Of a stretch of 64,000 bases of DNA, positions 27,464 through 40,299 are shown piece after piece; the stretch's first letter is position 1, and every line of letters begins with the position of its first letter. The position numbers and the translations under genes are program-made. The notes under the pieces were generated by a model. The model made no database searches, had not been told where the DNA came from, and saw only the letters and a program-made list of their open reading frames with translations. This DNA is from Phoronis australis. Taxonomy: Eukaryota; Animalia; Phoronida. Location of the stretch: positions 102,956 to 166,955 of the forward strand of contig NMRA01000651.1 of assembly GCA_002633005.1 (NCBI GenBank). The letters run 5' to 3'.

Positions 27464-28011
27464 GTGGCTTTCCCAATAGAGGCAAAACTTCGCTTTTACC
27501 GAAGTTTCGGTAAGTGGGAATTGTTAGTTCCAGTAGGACCTGCAAGCTGAACTTCGCTGAAAATAGTAGGATTTAAAAGCCAAGGTTCGGTACTCACCGA
27601 AACTGCAGTTCAGTGGGAATAGTCAAAGCGAAGTTTCGTCGAAGCTATTGGTAGAGGTCGTGGCAACGATATACAATCACGCGAGACTCGCAAAACGTGT
27701 TCTTTGTTATTGTAGCGTAGGTGACGTGCTCTCAATAGACGCATGTGAATAAGTGAAAGAAAGCATATCTGCTGAAGAATTGCACTGATCATTTTCATAG
27801 ACACTCGTAAATGGCAGGAGAACGATTTTTACTTAGCCTCGAACCCAGTACTCGGTATTTGTTTGAGAGTGCGAATGAACTGCGCCGTCTGATGTCTACT
27901 TCGATTACTGAATCGGCATAATAATAACTTCGCAATTGCTGTCTAGTCGGACAGGTAAGTGAAGTTTCAGTGAAGCTTCGCTAAACCGAAGTTCCCCTTA
28001 TGGGAAAGCAC
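27464..28011. mobile_element. Palindromic MITE (Harbinger-like)
   Basis: GTGGCTTTCCCAATAGAGG ... CCCCTTATGGGAAAGCAC TIRs; repeated CGAAGTTTCG/CTTCGCT subterminal motifs. Confidence 0.6.
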
Positions 28012-29123
28012 TTTTTAAGTGTCTTTAGGCATACAGTTGAACACTGCTTTTAGTGTACCAAAACAGAGTAGTGTTTAGTATTTGGGTAATTCTATGCTAT
28101 TCAGTGAGTTTGATCTTTTTTGAAACTTTGGTATTTAAAATAATGCTATCTTAAAGAATCGAAAAATTAATGCTGTCAACAAAAAGGGCAGAAAATAAAA
28201 TTTATATGGTGCGATTTCATTTGGTTATTAAATTATCCTCAAGGCCATATAGCGAAATTTACACATTGCTGGGTCCAGTATTGAGGTGTCCCTAGACTTA
28301 TTGTGAACTAATGAGCACTGTTGCTTTTTCCGCGACTTGTGAACTTGGGACGTGTGTACCGTTTTAAAAGATACCTGCACTTGTTTACTTGTGAACCTTA
28401 CTTTTAAGTGGTGGTGGTACATCAGTGATTAGCTATGTTATACTTTCTGTATCCTACGCGATCAGCACTAAGAAAACTGCTCAGTACAGCTTCGACGAAT
28501 AAAGTTTGTTGATACAGAACACATGAAAACAGGGCTTACTTTGCTTTAGTTCTATTGTTTTATGCTGCCTGAAGTACAAATTTCATTATGCAAATTATGC
28601 ATTACTTCGGTATTGATCCAGAGAGTCCTTGAATGTTTGTGAAAATTGACGGGAAGTCTTTGAAGTCTACCTGTGTCAGCTGGTGTTGAGTCATCAATCA
28701 GCCACAGAATGTGATCACAGCTTTTGACTTCCTGTTGCTTATTATTCATCCATTTCTAGAAATTGTGTTCTATTTGAACAGACAAATGCAGAAATTGGTC
28801 ATTCATGCATACAAAGTTTTGTTTGTTTATTATACCATTTGTGTTGACATTCACGTTTGTCTGAGTGCCATTATCCTTCTATTGAACATTTGAACTTGTG
28901 AGTGAAAATGTTTCATTTCATTCAGTAAATTAATGTACAATGTAAAAAGAAAAGAATTTCTTAAAAAATCTCATTGAAAAATTCGTTGTGTTGAAGCTGT
29001 GTATGTTGTTGTTTAAGTTCTCGAAATTTCTGGAGTTCATTGAGATGATTGATATGATTTTAGTATTTTTGTTATTCATAGCAGCTTTTTAAACAGTGTG
29101 TGTGTTTGTTTTATGTATAAGGC

Positions 29124-29729
29124 GCTTGGAGGCCTACGTAATTTAGGTAACACTTGGAGGCCTACATTATAACACTTGGAGGCCTACATTATAACACTTG
29201 GAGGCCTACATTATAACACTTGGAGGCCTACATTAAAACACTTGGAGGCCTACATTATAACACTTGGAGGCCTACATTATAACACTTGGAGGTCTACGTA
29301 ACACTTGGAGGCCTACGTAATTTAGGTAACACTTGGAGGCCTACATAAAACACTTGGAGGCCTACATTATAACACTTGGAGGCCTACATTATAACACTTG
29401 GAGGTCTACGTAACACTTGGAGGCCTATGTAATTTAGGTAACACTTGGAGGCCTACATAAAACACTTGGAGGCCTACATTATAACACTTGGAGGTCTACG
29501 TAACACTTGGAGGCCTACGTAATTTAGGTAACACTTGAAGGCCTACATTATAACACTTGGAGGCCTACATTGTAACACTTGGAGGCCTACATTATAACAC
29601 TTGGAGGCCTACGCGACACGTAACTCTTAGAGGCCTACGCGACACACGTAACACTTGGAGGCCTACGTAACGCACGTATCACTTGGAGGCCTACGTAACT
29701 CACGTATCACTTGGAGGCCTACATAATAC
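29124..29729. repeat. ~22-bp minisatellite (AACACTTGGAGGCCTACATTAT and variants)
   Basis: Constant CACTTGGAGGCCTAC core with variable linkers. Confidence 0.92.
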
Positions 29730-30818
29730 AATCGGCATTGATTGGTTAGTCCACTGATATTACATATGGCAATAATTACCAAGGTTGATCTTTTATTTTG
29801 AAAGAATTTTAATATTTTTGTGAATGTCCACAATTTGTCAAAATAGTGTCTAGACATAGAAAAAACAAGTAGCTTTTATTTTGTGGTAAAATTTCACTTG
29901 GCCTCCATATTGTCCCCTATTTTTCAAGATTTTAATGATAGTTGTTTGATGTACACTATTTGTTTGCCATGTAGAACAATTTGTTCTTGGTTCCATGTTA
30001 TTTGATTTTCAGCCTGGGTGTTTTTCCAATGAAGCATTTGCTTTTCATGTGTTCTTTTCAAAAATGACCAGTGATGCTGAGGCAGTGACCTAAATAACCT
30101 TGTTATACTTAAGATGATTTCAGCTTGTTTATTTCACTTGGCCAATTATTTTCAAGTATCTCTACCGGCTCTTTTATGCTAACTTAACTCCAGTATTAGC
30201 CAAGGGTAGATTTAAACTGTGAAGTTAATTTAATTGTTCAATACCAGCTTCTGTAGTTAATTGCATCAAAGTAAACAATAGGTAGTGCTTATTCATCCTA
30301 TTCATGCTAACAAAATATAAGCAACTATGAGGGACGACGCTGCCCTTCAATTGTTAACGATGGCAGTTGACAATAGCATTGGTCCCTGGCGATAACTTTG
30401 ATGAGGCTGAATTTAGCCATTCATATGGCGTCAACACTCTGCTGTTAAATCCACCTGCGAAGTTAAATGGCACCGTTTACTTCGATCCAGGGCCAAAGAT
30501 AACCATTCATACTGACCGCAACTCCCCAAAACACTGACACGTTGATGTTAGTATGAAAGGGCTTTATGAGCAGCCATGAAGAATGTTAATAGTGAGATTT
30601 TTACCCAACATTTGGTTACTAAATAATTATTACCAACATTTGGTTACTAAATATTTGTTTCTTCTCATCTTTTTTCTACATCCGTTATCATTTCTTTTAA
30701 ACAGTTTCTTTTATAATAAGTAAATGCCATGTGGTCTAACAACTATTATGCCATGTATTGATAGCTCAACTGTTAAAAGTGAATATTTTCTAAATCTGTG
30801 CAGTGGAAGAAGACTTGA

Positions 30819-30905
30819 GCCATAGGCGTCGTGAGACGCCATAGGCTTCATCAGATGCCATAGGCTTCGTCAGACGCCATAGGCTTCGTGAGATGCCATA
30901 GGTGG
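30819..30905. repeat. 19-bp tandem repeat (GCCATAGGCTTCGTCAGAC)
   Basis: About 4.5 copies. Confidence 0.85.
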
Positions 30906-31051
30906 CATGAGTCTTGAATGAATAGCAATATCACAAACCAAAATGTTTTATAGGAAACATAACATGTATTACAAATTGATCAGGCTAAAAAAGATTAGAT
31001 TACAGTGTGTACTCCGGCTAATTTGAAGGTGCCGCCATTTCTTGGCAAATA

Positions 31052-32569
31052 CCGTATTTGCCGTAATAACCACACACGGTGCTTAGAAAAGTTTGTTTAA
31101 GGGGGGCGCTTATTATAACCCAAGGAGGTTGAAACCCGGTCTCCGAAACGGGTGAAATCGGAAGCTAAGATTCATCATATTTATGCTGTGATGTATCTGT
31201 AATGTATGAAAAACTTTCTACAAAACCGTGGTGCATTGCTATCAAACTTTGCTGCTAAATTACCATCATTTTACAGAAAATTGTGCTGAAATCCCAGGGC
31301 GAAAATCGCCGATTGCCTGCCTCGCAATCGTCAATATGGCGACTTGAATGCTTGAAGAAAAATAATTTTCGATTAAAGCACATTACCTGAAATCTTTAAA
31401 TTTTCCAAGTAGCGTCCCTAAGATTTTTATGTCATGTCCCGTGGAGTCGGGATCACGGCAGATTTAAGTACAAATCTGTGCTACATCGTGCCATCTACAT
31501 GTATGATCGGCGCAACATGAGAAAAATGTCTGGACGAACACACATGTTGTTGTCACGTGACGTTTGTTTTGAAGTTGTCTGCGTATATGAGTAAGCGAGC
31601 ACGTGCGTGTCACCAGAGTTCATTTGCCAGAGCAGAGACTGTCTTTTGGCCAGAGCCACGTAATCTAACGAGCTAAATGTGCATTGTGTCTCAAGAAATT
31701 TGCACAAGCAGTAGGCCCAAACCAGAGCGTGTTTCATTCAGTACTTGCCGGTCTTGTGTGCTAAAAACGACATTTGTCTCGGTAAGGCCATATTAGTCGC
31801 CGTGTGGCTGGATGCGTACGTGACTATCTGACAGTTATTTTTCGGTGTAAGGGTTTGTAAACATTCACTGTCAGTGGTCATTTTATTGGATATTTGACTT
31901 AAAAACACCAATTATGGTTAATCAAACAATTCATCTTAAAAACACAGCAAACATTTTTATAGTATTAGAAACTGTCGGTAATTAGTGCCAATATTCATTT
32001 CTTATCGATGCTATGCTACCCGTTTCATGAATGGATAGTTCCCGACTAATGTCTTTGATGACAGGTTCATGTATGCAGTGCGCGCTTCCTGGCCACGTGC
32101 TTTTACTTACACTGGCCAAACTTTTTATTAGTCTTCGATTCATGGTTTTCACGTGAAGGCCTACAAAGAAATTTGGATTCCTGTTGAAAGCGGGAAATAT
32201 CTACTAAGCAATCCCGTAGACAAGTACACTACTTCTGTTCTGAAAGGCCAGACCATTGGTCCTCTCAATATCAGCAGAACTTTTTTGTTCGTTTTGAGGC
32301 ATGGCGTAAGTTTGAAGTGTATAGTCATGGCTAAATACTGACATAGCGGCGAGGCTCGTGGTCTACAAATTCTGCGCACAATGATTTTTTTCAGGACTGT
32401 CTGATGTAATTGATAAATTGAAGACGTTACTGTAGAATTTTAGGACTGTAGGTAAGGCATTTTTCGCACGTACACGTTCATGGACTGGGCGCTTATTTTA
32501 GCAAAGTCTGAAAACGCGTGGGGGGGGCGCTTAGAGGGGCATTAAAGGCGGTTATTACAGTGAATACGG
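31052..32569 (+). mobile_element. Tc2/pogo-like non-autonomous element
   Basis: TA|CCGTATTTGCCGTAATAACC ... GGTTATTACAGTGAATACGG|TA; GGGCGCTTA subterminal repeats. Confidence 0.8.
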
Positions 32570-33467
32570 TAACCCATAATCATCTAGTGATTGGTCATTG
32601 CTCACGATGGCCACTTCCTCATCGCTTGCTCATTTCAAGTGGATTTTGGTGTAAAATGGAGAACTTTAAACAATACTATAGCATTATGTCCTTTTTCAAG
32701 GAATCACAAACCAGAACCCTGTAACAATATTTCTGTCCTTAGAAGATGAAATCTTAGTATATAGAAAGTCTGTTTAGAAGCATTTGTGCGTTGTTTCCAC
32801 CTCCTGCCCTTTGCATTTGCTTGAGATATTGGTTTCCTTAATGTTAATTCTCCAAAGTGAATACATTACATAGAACATGCTGTGTTAGACATATTACTAT
32901 ATGCAAGTGAAGTGAGACAACACAAATACTAATACAGTTAAGGAAGAGGTGGCGACCCATGAACAATATTTCTCAATAATTTCCGGATTCGTGACTACAA
33001 TGAATTACTGTATAGTTCTCAGTCAGGTGCTAATTTACGTGAGGAAAGATGTTATGTTTTTTCTTTTGTGAGTATTGAAATAATTTAATAAAAAGTAAGG
33101 GGTGACTTTTAATGAAATTTCCAGGCGATGGAAACTTCAGTTGTTCAATAATCAGTTGGATGATTCTAGGTGTTTTGGCCATACGTTAACTTAGGTTAAT
33201 AGCAGTGAAAAAGTGTCATTTGTCTGTAAATAAGTGTCATGATGAAAAGCCATGATACTAGATGATGCTAGGCACATGTGTCAATTCAAGGTCAACATTG
33301 TTAACTTGAAGGCGTTTAAACCATTTAGATGTAACCACATCGTTAGAGACTCTGTAATGTTTCGTGACAATAATTTGCATTCTCACGTTAAACTGGCGTG
33401 TTCTTGTCTTTAAGGTAATTAGCTACCCTAATTATCAAGGGTCGACTATTTACAATGAATAATTTGA

Positions 33468-35622
33468 AGGAGAATGTCACCCAAAAAACAACCTATTTTG
33501 TATCAATTTAGATCGAGTAGGTCCACTCGATGACAGCAAGTTCTTTTGTTTTACCTGACACCTAACAACAGACAGAGGTGTTGAAATTAACCAATGACGT
33601 AATCGGTTCAAATGCAGTGTGTTCAGCCGTTCACAATACGCTTACTGGTGTCAACTTTTCACTTGAATTCATTGTTGTACACCAATAAATCATCAAAATT
33701 CGATATATTCACCTCTTACAAATGCATCGAGTTCTTGGACAAACATGTTTTATTTCACTATTACAGATTTATAGGTATTTGAAGGTACCGTAGCCTACAA
33801 AGTTCGGTAGACCAATTTACCATGGTTGATCGCAGGAGTTTGGGTCTGTTTGGTGATAAATTCGAATCATACTTCCGTGAAATACAGACGGGGGGAACAT
33901 AGCTGTGTGTTGTACTTTTAGACTTGTGATTTTTTCAGTTCTAAACACACAAAAGGCTTGTTACTCTCCCCCACAGTGGCTCGGAACCCGATCAGGCCGT
34001 CGCGGCCGCCGGGACTGGACATCACAAACATAAACCACCTTAAGTTGGAAACTAAACCTCCAGTCACGAAAAGACTATAATAGTAAGCCAAAGAAATAAT
34101 GTGCACGTAATTATTTAGGTGAATTAGCCACGAAACTGAAAATCTACTTACTTGTCGGGGGCCGCAGAGTCTGGTTCCCCTTCCACAGAACCGTTAGGGC
34201 AAAGGTTGTACAGTAACAATTATTTGAATAATGTAATTGTTTATCTAAATAAAGATTCCCCTAACATGTGTGATCATAGCATATAAAATCAAGTTAGTGT
34301 TTCACAACAGCTTTCTGTCAGCAAACACTGAATTAGCATGCGCTCACACGGCCTTGGTGCCCGGTCAATTACTTTTATTTCATTTAAAGCCGGTAACGCT
34401 GTGGTTTATTCATTGCTGGCTTCTCGAAACATTTGCGCTCTCGAATACTCCAAAGGCATTACAAATTGTATCTAACAGGGCTTGGAATTTTCCGCGGAAA
34501 CGCGAATTTCCGCTTTTTTCAAATGTGCTTTCCGCTTTTTTTATAATATTTCCGCGTAAAAAAATCGGATTTGATATAAAATTTCCGCGGCAAATTCCTT
34601 TCTTACCGCGGCGTTGCAGACGACGTTCACCTCGAAAAGCGGAAGTTGCTCTTTATGTTCGGAGGAACGTAAATTGTCAACATTGCCGGGGCATCTGTGA
34701 TAGCGTGGTGTGATTTTCAATGGCGTCTCGTTTTATTGTTAAGCGCGGCGACAAATGCTACCGCTCTGCAGCCAAAAATGTGTGGGTTGGGAGTAGACGT
34801 GCGAGCTAAAAGGACGCAGACGCACACTACTGATGGTGGTAACGTTTTTTTTTTTTTAGTCCTCCCGATTTTTGTCGGGGAAAGGTTCACATTGACCAGT
34901 TCTAGGCTCAAAGTTTCCGCGTTTTTTGTCATTGGTCATTCCAAGCCCTGATCTAATGAGACAGACTTTGTTTCAGTTTTATATAAGCATTGGTTAGGGT
35001 GAGAATAATTCATTTTGAAACGTACGCAGAATAATAAACGTCTACTTGGCAACTCGCCCGGCGTCAGCACCAGCGACTTAGTCAAGAGCTCATCCGACAA
35101 AGACTTCATAGGTTGGGTCATTAGGTTTCACAGGCTATCAGTTCGAATTGGAATACACTGATCAAGAAGTACTAGAGAGGCGCCGTGAACTTGCTCAAGC
35201 AACAGAACGTATGGACAATTCTTTGGTAAGCCGGAATTCGTCAGAGAAATCCCTGTCGAGGAAATGCCGGCCACAGACACGAAGATGTTTCACGGACTCA
35301 TATTTGCTATTAGCTGTGTACTTTTCATTCTTCACTACCGCGAGCCACTTCCTAAGCGTTTCGGGCTCTCGAGGAAGTCAAAAATGCGATATACAGGCTT
35401 TCTTTGCAGCTTCATAGTTCGAACAAGCGGGAACGGTGCATCGCAATATAGTGGCATTCACTCTGCAGCTGAATCAGTGACGTCGCTGCATTGTTTCTCA
35501 CCTTCCTCACAGGTTAACGCAACACCTCTCGGCAAGGTGAGGACGACCGTATCAGAGGCGATGTATATATAGACTGATTAAAATGGTATAATAAGACTAA
35601 TTGAATCGGGTGGCATTCTCCT
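33468..35622 (-). mobile_element. Kolobok-like internally deleted element with both TIRs
   Basis: TIRs AGGAGAATGTCACCC / GGGTGGCATTCTCCT with decayed TTAA TSDs (TTGA/TTAG); THAP remnant at 35261-35440 (-), GYQFELEYTDQEVLE at ~35133-35177 (+); homologous to the 15360 copy. Confidence 0.8.
34476..34950 (+). mobile_element. hAT-like MITE with 6-bp TSD, nested in the Kolobok-like element
   Basis: ATCTAA|CAGGGCTTGGAA ... TTCCAAGCCCTG|ATCTAA. Confidence 0.85.
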
Positions 35623-36546
35623 TTAGGAAATCCAACCTGTGGTAGCGTAGTATCAAACAATATCTACACAAGCTACAACCAACTGTTCATTTTAATTTTT
35701 GCAAACATGTTTCAGAATCTTTATGATGTTTGGGTTGCAGTCAGTGTTATGGTTATGTCATAATTATCTCTCTATGGTTATATCATTATCTCTATGGTTG
35801 AGTTTTGTATTTGTAGCAGCACCATCTCTTGTCATATACTAAAATTAGAACGATTATTTTGATTCATCCCTATGCCATTCAAACTTATATATTGATCAGT
35901 GTAATAAGCTGGATGTGTTCTCTAATAGGTTTGTTACGTGTTACTCGTGGCTTAATGGTGCTACTTTTGCTCACATGGAATTCTCTTAATCTCATTAATC
36001 GATGTAAGAATGCCTTAATGAATGAGTGATATTTGCATGGGGTATTTTAAGGTTATCTATAATGTAAAACAATATCAACATGTCTGTGTAATTATCCAAA
36101 TATATACTAAAGTAACTCAGTAAAAGTATAATTATCTTTTCTGAAAGTGGTTGTAGGCTTTTAACAATTGTTTTATTAATTGGGTCACATGGACATGACT
36201 TTTAGGTAAAATTTAACTAAAGAGAAAGGTGAACTGATAGCATAACAGTGATATCAGTAATATAACCAAATTTTTTATGACATGTTCTTGATAAAATCTT
36301 AAAGCTGATCTGTTATATTTTTATGAATTATTACGTTTTCGGTTTGTGCAAGTTCTGATTTTTCAAGAGAATCATAAAGTCCTATTTCTGACAGTCGCTC
36401 ATGCAAAAGTGGAGCATTTTAAACGCAATCTCTAGCAGCGTTAGAGAGAACAGTGGATAAAGCAATGTATTTGAAAATTTCATATGAAACTGTTAAGCCA
36501 TTTCTGAGGTGAGATATGAGGTTTCGAAGTTAGCCAAATTTGGCCA

Positions 36547-37421
36547 TTTTTATGCACCCACATATTTATATGTGGACACATTATGTCGTCATCCCCATTC
36601 ATCTGTCATGTGTCCATCTGGCATCCGCAACTCTATCTCCAAAATCCTTTGATATGTGTTCATGTAATTTTGTCCATGTGTTTGTTTCATGAAAGGGACA
36701 GTATGACTGAACTTTCGGATTCGAGTTTTAAGGCATCCACCCCTCTAACAACCAAACCACTCTTACAATGATTGTGAAAATTGGCATGTATGCTCTTGCT
36801 ATGAAGAGGACAGCTGACAATGATTTTCCAAGGACTTGAATAGTGTGGCACCGCCTAGTGGCAATTTTGTTTTTTTTTGCGCTCATGGCTGTATCTCTTA
36901 AACACTCTACAGGATATTTACTAAATTTAGCAAGTAGCTGTTTTTGAGTTTTTTGCACCCATCCCTCTCTCAAACTATTCTTAGGATGATTGAGGAAATT
37001 GGGAAATATGTGTTCTTAGTATAAAGAGGACATTTGACGATGATTTTTCGACAACTTCAACTTGCTGTAGCGCCTCCTGGTGGCAGTGTTTTTGTGCCCA
37101 TAGCTATATCTCCTTAACTCACTGCTCGATCTTTATTAAATTTAGCAAGTGTTTTTATATGAAGTTGACCGGTGTGTGCCCTAGTGGTAATTTCACTTTT
37201 TTCTGTTTTCCTTTTGATTCTATAAAGTTCCTTGGTAGATTTTTATGAAATTTCGTAAATAGATTTCTATTTCAGAAGCAATGGCATGTTCCCCTTTGCG
37301 GATGGATTTGCTTTATTTTGTGCCATCTAGTGGCCATTTTTATGATACAAATAAACCCCTAGAGGCACATCATTTGCAGTGCATTCGTGGGCGCATTTCA
37401 ACGCTCCGCATTGCTCTTGTT
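36547..37421 (+). mobile_element. HINE/DINE-like element, older copy
   Basis: TTTTTATGCACCCACATATTTATATGTGG ... GTGGGCGCATTTCAACGCTCCGCATTGCTCTTGTT. Confidence 0.8.
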
Positions 37422-38438
37422 CTAGGGTCCTATGTAACCTTTACTCAAATACTTACAGGAATGGTTGTCAAGAAAGGAGACATACGGTATTTGACTGATA
37501 GGCCAAACCATAATTATGTCCAAATATTTGTAAGGTTACAGGCTAAGCAAATACTGATACAGCAACCAATTGTGTCTATAGGCTCAAAATTGGAGATCTC
37601 CTTCAACAAAGCGGGAAACAATTATATGTATACACAACAGTAAAAATTCTTTGAATTTGTGATAATACAATTTTTTAAATTTTTCAAATACTTAATTTGA
37701 TGCAAGCTCTCCCAATTTATAAGATGTTGTTTGGTGTTAGGTGTATCAAACAGGCGTCTATGTAGAATTTTCTTATTGTTTATTTTATGTTCAGAAATTT
37801 GCCATATCGTGCCCTAAATTGAATATGTTTAGAGTGTGTGGAGGCAGTGTGTGCAAGGGCTATCTATTGGCATATGTATGGGAGAGCCATTCTGTGTGGT
37901 TGAACACAGAAATTTAATGGACTACTCAAAGTTCACTAGGTGTCGCTACTGTAGCAAGGGATTATACCGTAGAAATACATGCATTTGGGTTGTCATGTGG
38001 GACTCTTGCTTCTGAACGCGTCACACGCTCACATTGGGAGAAAAGTGCCTGTGCATTTTGGAAGAGTGTTTCTTATTGTTAAGATGAAATTTCTGGCATG
38101 GGTAGGGGAATTTTGCATTTTTTCAGAGGGGACTCACAGGCGCCGAATACTAGATAATTGAGTGTCCTGAACTGTCTCAGAAAATTATTTGGTCATGAAG
38201 TGCCAACTTATCTTAGGAAATAATAAACCTCAGTTATCAAAAGAGAAAACATTTTTAACATTTTTAGATTTGATAATTGCTTTTGATAAGTGTAGTGATT
38301 TATCATTTCAGCCACATTTGTTCTAGAGGCGTTCTAAATATCTTTAGCATGTTGACATTTTGCTTACCTTGTTGTTGTTTAGTTGTTACCCTAAAGTCAC
38401 TGTTGTACCACTGCTAGTTTTCAACATTCACTTTACAG

Positions 38439-38606
38439 GTAGTGCTGGCTAGTACACCTGACCTACAAGCTGGCTTCTCACGGGAACTCTTCATCAGTTG
38501 GTGTGGTAACCCCAAAAACAGTATCATCCTGACCAACAGGACATCTCCAGGAACCCTGGCCAGGTGGCTGATAGATAACCCCACACAGAAACAGCTCAAG
38601 TTGAAG
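38439..38606 (+). CDS. CPSF2: CPSF2 (CPSF100) internal exon, beta-CASP region
   Basis: tttacag|GTA...AAG|gtac; 168 nt; [56 protein letters not shown], which closely resembles the vertebrate CPSF2 segment [43 protein letters not shown]. Confidence 0.96.
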
Positions 38607-39393
38607 GTACAATTTCAGGAATCTGACACATTGGTTTGCTCTTGGGGCAATAGGAAGGGTTATTTTGTTAATTTACAATACGAGTGACAAAACTTTGGTG
38701 ACAACAGGGACTGGGGTGACAAAACTTGATTTTGTATTCACTCATTCAATACCTTACCTGCCTGCAGCACAATAATCGCACGAACGCTCCCCAACACGAG
38801 TGAAAGTACCAGCACTCCTTATCTTTCTAGAAATGCTTAGTCAAGTTATATTTGATATTTAAATAATTTAGAAGTTCTCAGTTTGGATTTGCTCAAAATT
38901 TCACCCCTCCATTCAAGCTCTGAAAGATCCATTAATTTCACTTTTGACATTTTCTAAACCCAAACAGACCTTTCGTGAAGTGTTTCAATCTGATCCATGT
39001 CAGTTGAAATTTAATATATGCATTTTTTCCGATTGTCCTCTTTACACCTAGTGACATGAGACCTGACTGTTTACTGTGACCCAGATAATCTGGAGCCGCA
39101 TGTCCACATGAGAGAAGAGTAACAAAGACAGTATTATGCAAAATTGATTTTACCCCTTTTTTGTTTGTGTTCAGTTTTTTTATTTTTGCACTTAGTGCAT
39201 GACGATACAAATGAGGAGAGAATGAAACGCAATAGCTTTTTGTCGCATAAAATGGTTGAATTACATGATTTGATGACCAACAAATAAGCAGCCTGCTAAT
39301 ACCTGACCACAAACAAAGCAAAAAATGCACACGTAAATAAGTAACTAATACAATGCACAACAAAGATCTAAAGGAGTTATTATGTCATTGAAG

Positions 39394-39500
39394 GTGAGCA
39401 GACGAGTACGGCTGGAGGGAGAAGAATTAGAAGAGTATGTTCAACAGGAGCGACATAGGGAGGCTGAACGGAAAGAGAAACAACATGAGTTGGATCACAA
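39394..39500 (+). CDS. CPSF2: CPSF2 exon
   Basis: aag|GTG...CACAA|gtaagt; VSRRVRLEGEELEEYVQQERHREAERKEKQHELDH(K), matching CPSF2 RKRVKLEGKELEEY; phases join with the neighbouring exons. Confidence 0.93.
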
Positions 39501-39589
39501 GTAAGTAGTGAAGGGTGTAGGGTGAGAATAATGAAAGGTGTAGGGTCAGAGGATTTCAGGGAGGCCTGCAAATAGAGTATTTAGTACTA

Positions 39590-39850
39590 ATTTGACCTCT
39601 CGGGTGTGGTCTCAACTCAGTATTTTGGCATCGCATCCCAGTATTTTAGCTTCTCAGGTGTGTTCTCAGCTGTGTATGTTGACCTCTCAGGTTTGATCTC
39701 GGCTGTGTATTGCGACATCTCAGGTGTGGTCTCAGCTGGACGTTTTGATCTCTCAGGTGTTGTCTTAGCCAGGTATTTGGCTTCTCTGATGTGGTCTCAG
39801 CCAGGTATTTAGCCTCTCACGTGTGATCTCTGCTAGGTATTGTCTCCTGC
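39590..39850. repeat. Degenerate ~32-34 bp tandem repeat (CTCTCAGGTGTGGTCTCAGC core)
   Basis: Several diverged copies in a CPSF2 intron. Confidence 0.7.
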
Positions 39851-40104
39851 TGGTATTCTGGATGTGTGTGTTCGAGTGGTATCGTCCCTCCTAGACAGAC
39901 AACATGACAGCAAGTAGGAAGTAAAAGTGATGCTGACAGGATAGCCTCTTGGCAATATCTTGGAGAGGTTTCTTCTTCATTTGCTGTTGTCTCTTCACCA
40001 ATTTTCACAGGTTGCTTTGGTATTACATTGATCAGAATTTTGGTAATGTGGAGGCACATTGTGAAGAGAACTACAAGGGGCAAAGTTTGTATGGACAGGG
40101 GAAT

Positions 40105-40299
40105 TTGGGTCACACACACATACGTAGGGCTGTACTTTGACTGGGGTCTAGTGTCATACGGGGCTAAGTTGGGTCACACATACATGCGTAGGGCTGTACT
40201 TTGACTGGGGTCTAGTGTCATACGGGGCTAAGTTGGGTCACACACACATACGTAGGGCTGTACTTTGACAGAGGTCTAGTGTCATACGGGGCTAAGTTG
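40105..40299. repeat. 64-bp tandem repeat x3
   Basis: Units start at 40105, 40169 and 40233. Confidence 0.9.

Noticed and set aside
27945-27962. Recursive splice site CAGGTAAGT in the giant intron
   Set aside because: No upstream polypyrimidine tract, and it lies within a MITE
29124-29729. CRISPR-like repeat array
   Set aside because: Linkers are only a few bases long and recur; no unique spacers, no cas genes, eukaryotic context
33121-33180. GDGN peptide resembling CPSF2 LRGDGNVL as a missing upstream exon
   Set aside because: Following residues (FSCSIISW) do not match VLIAVDTAGR
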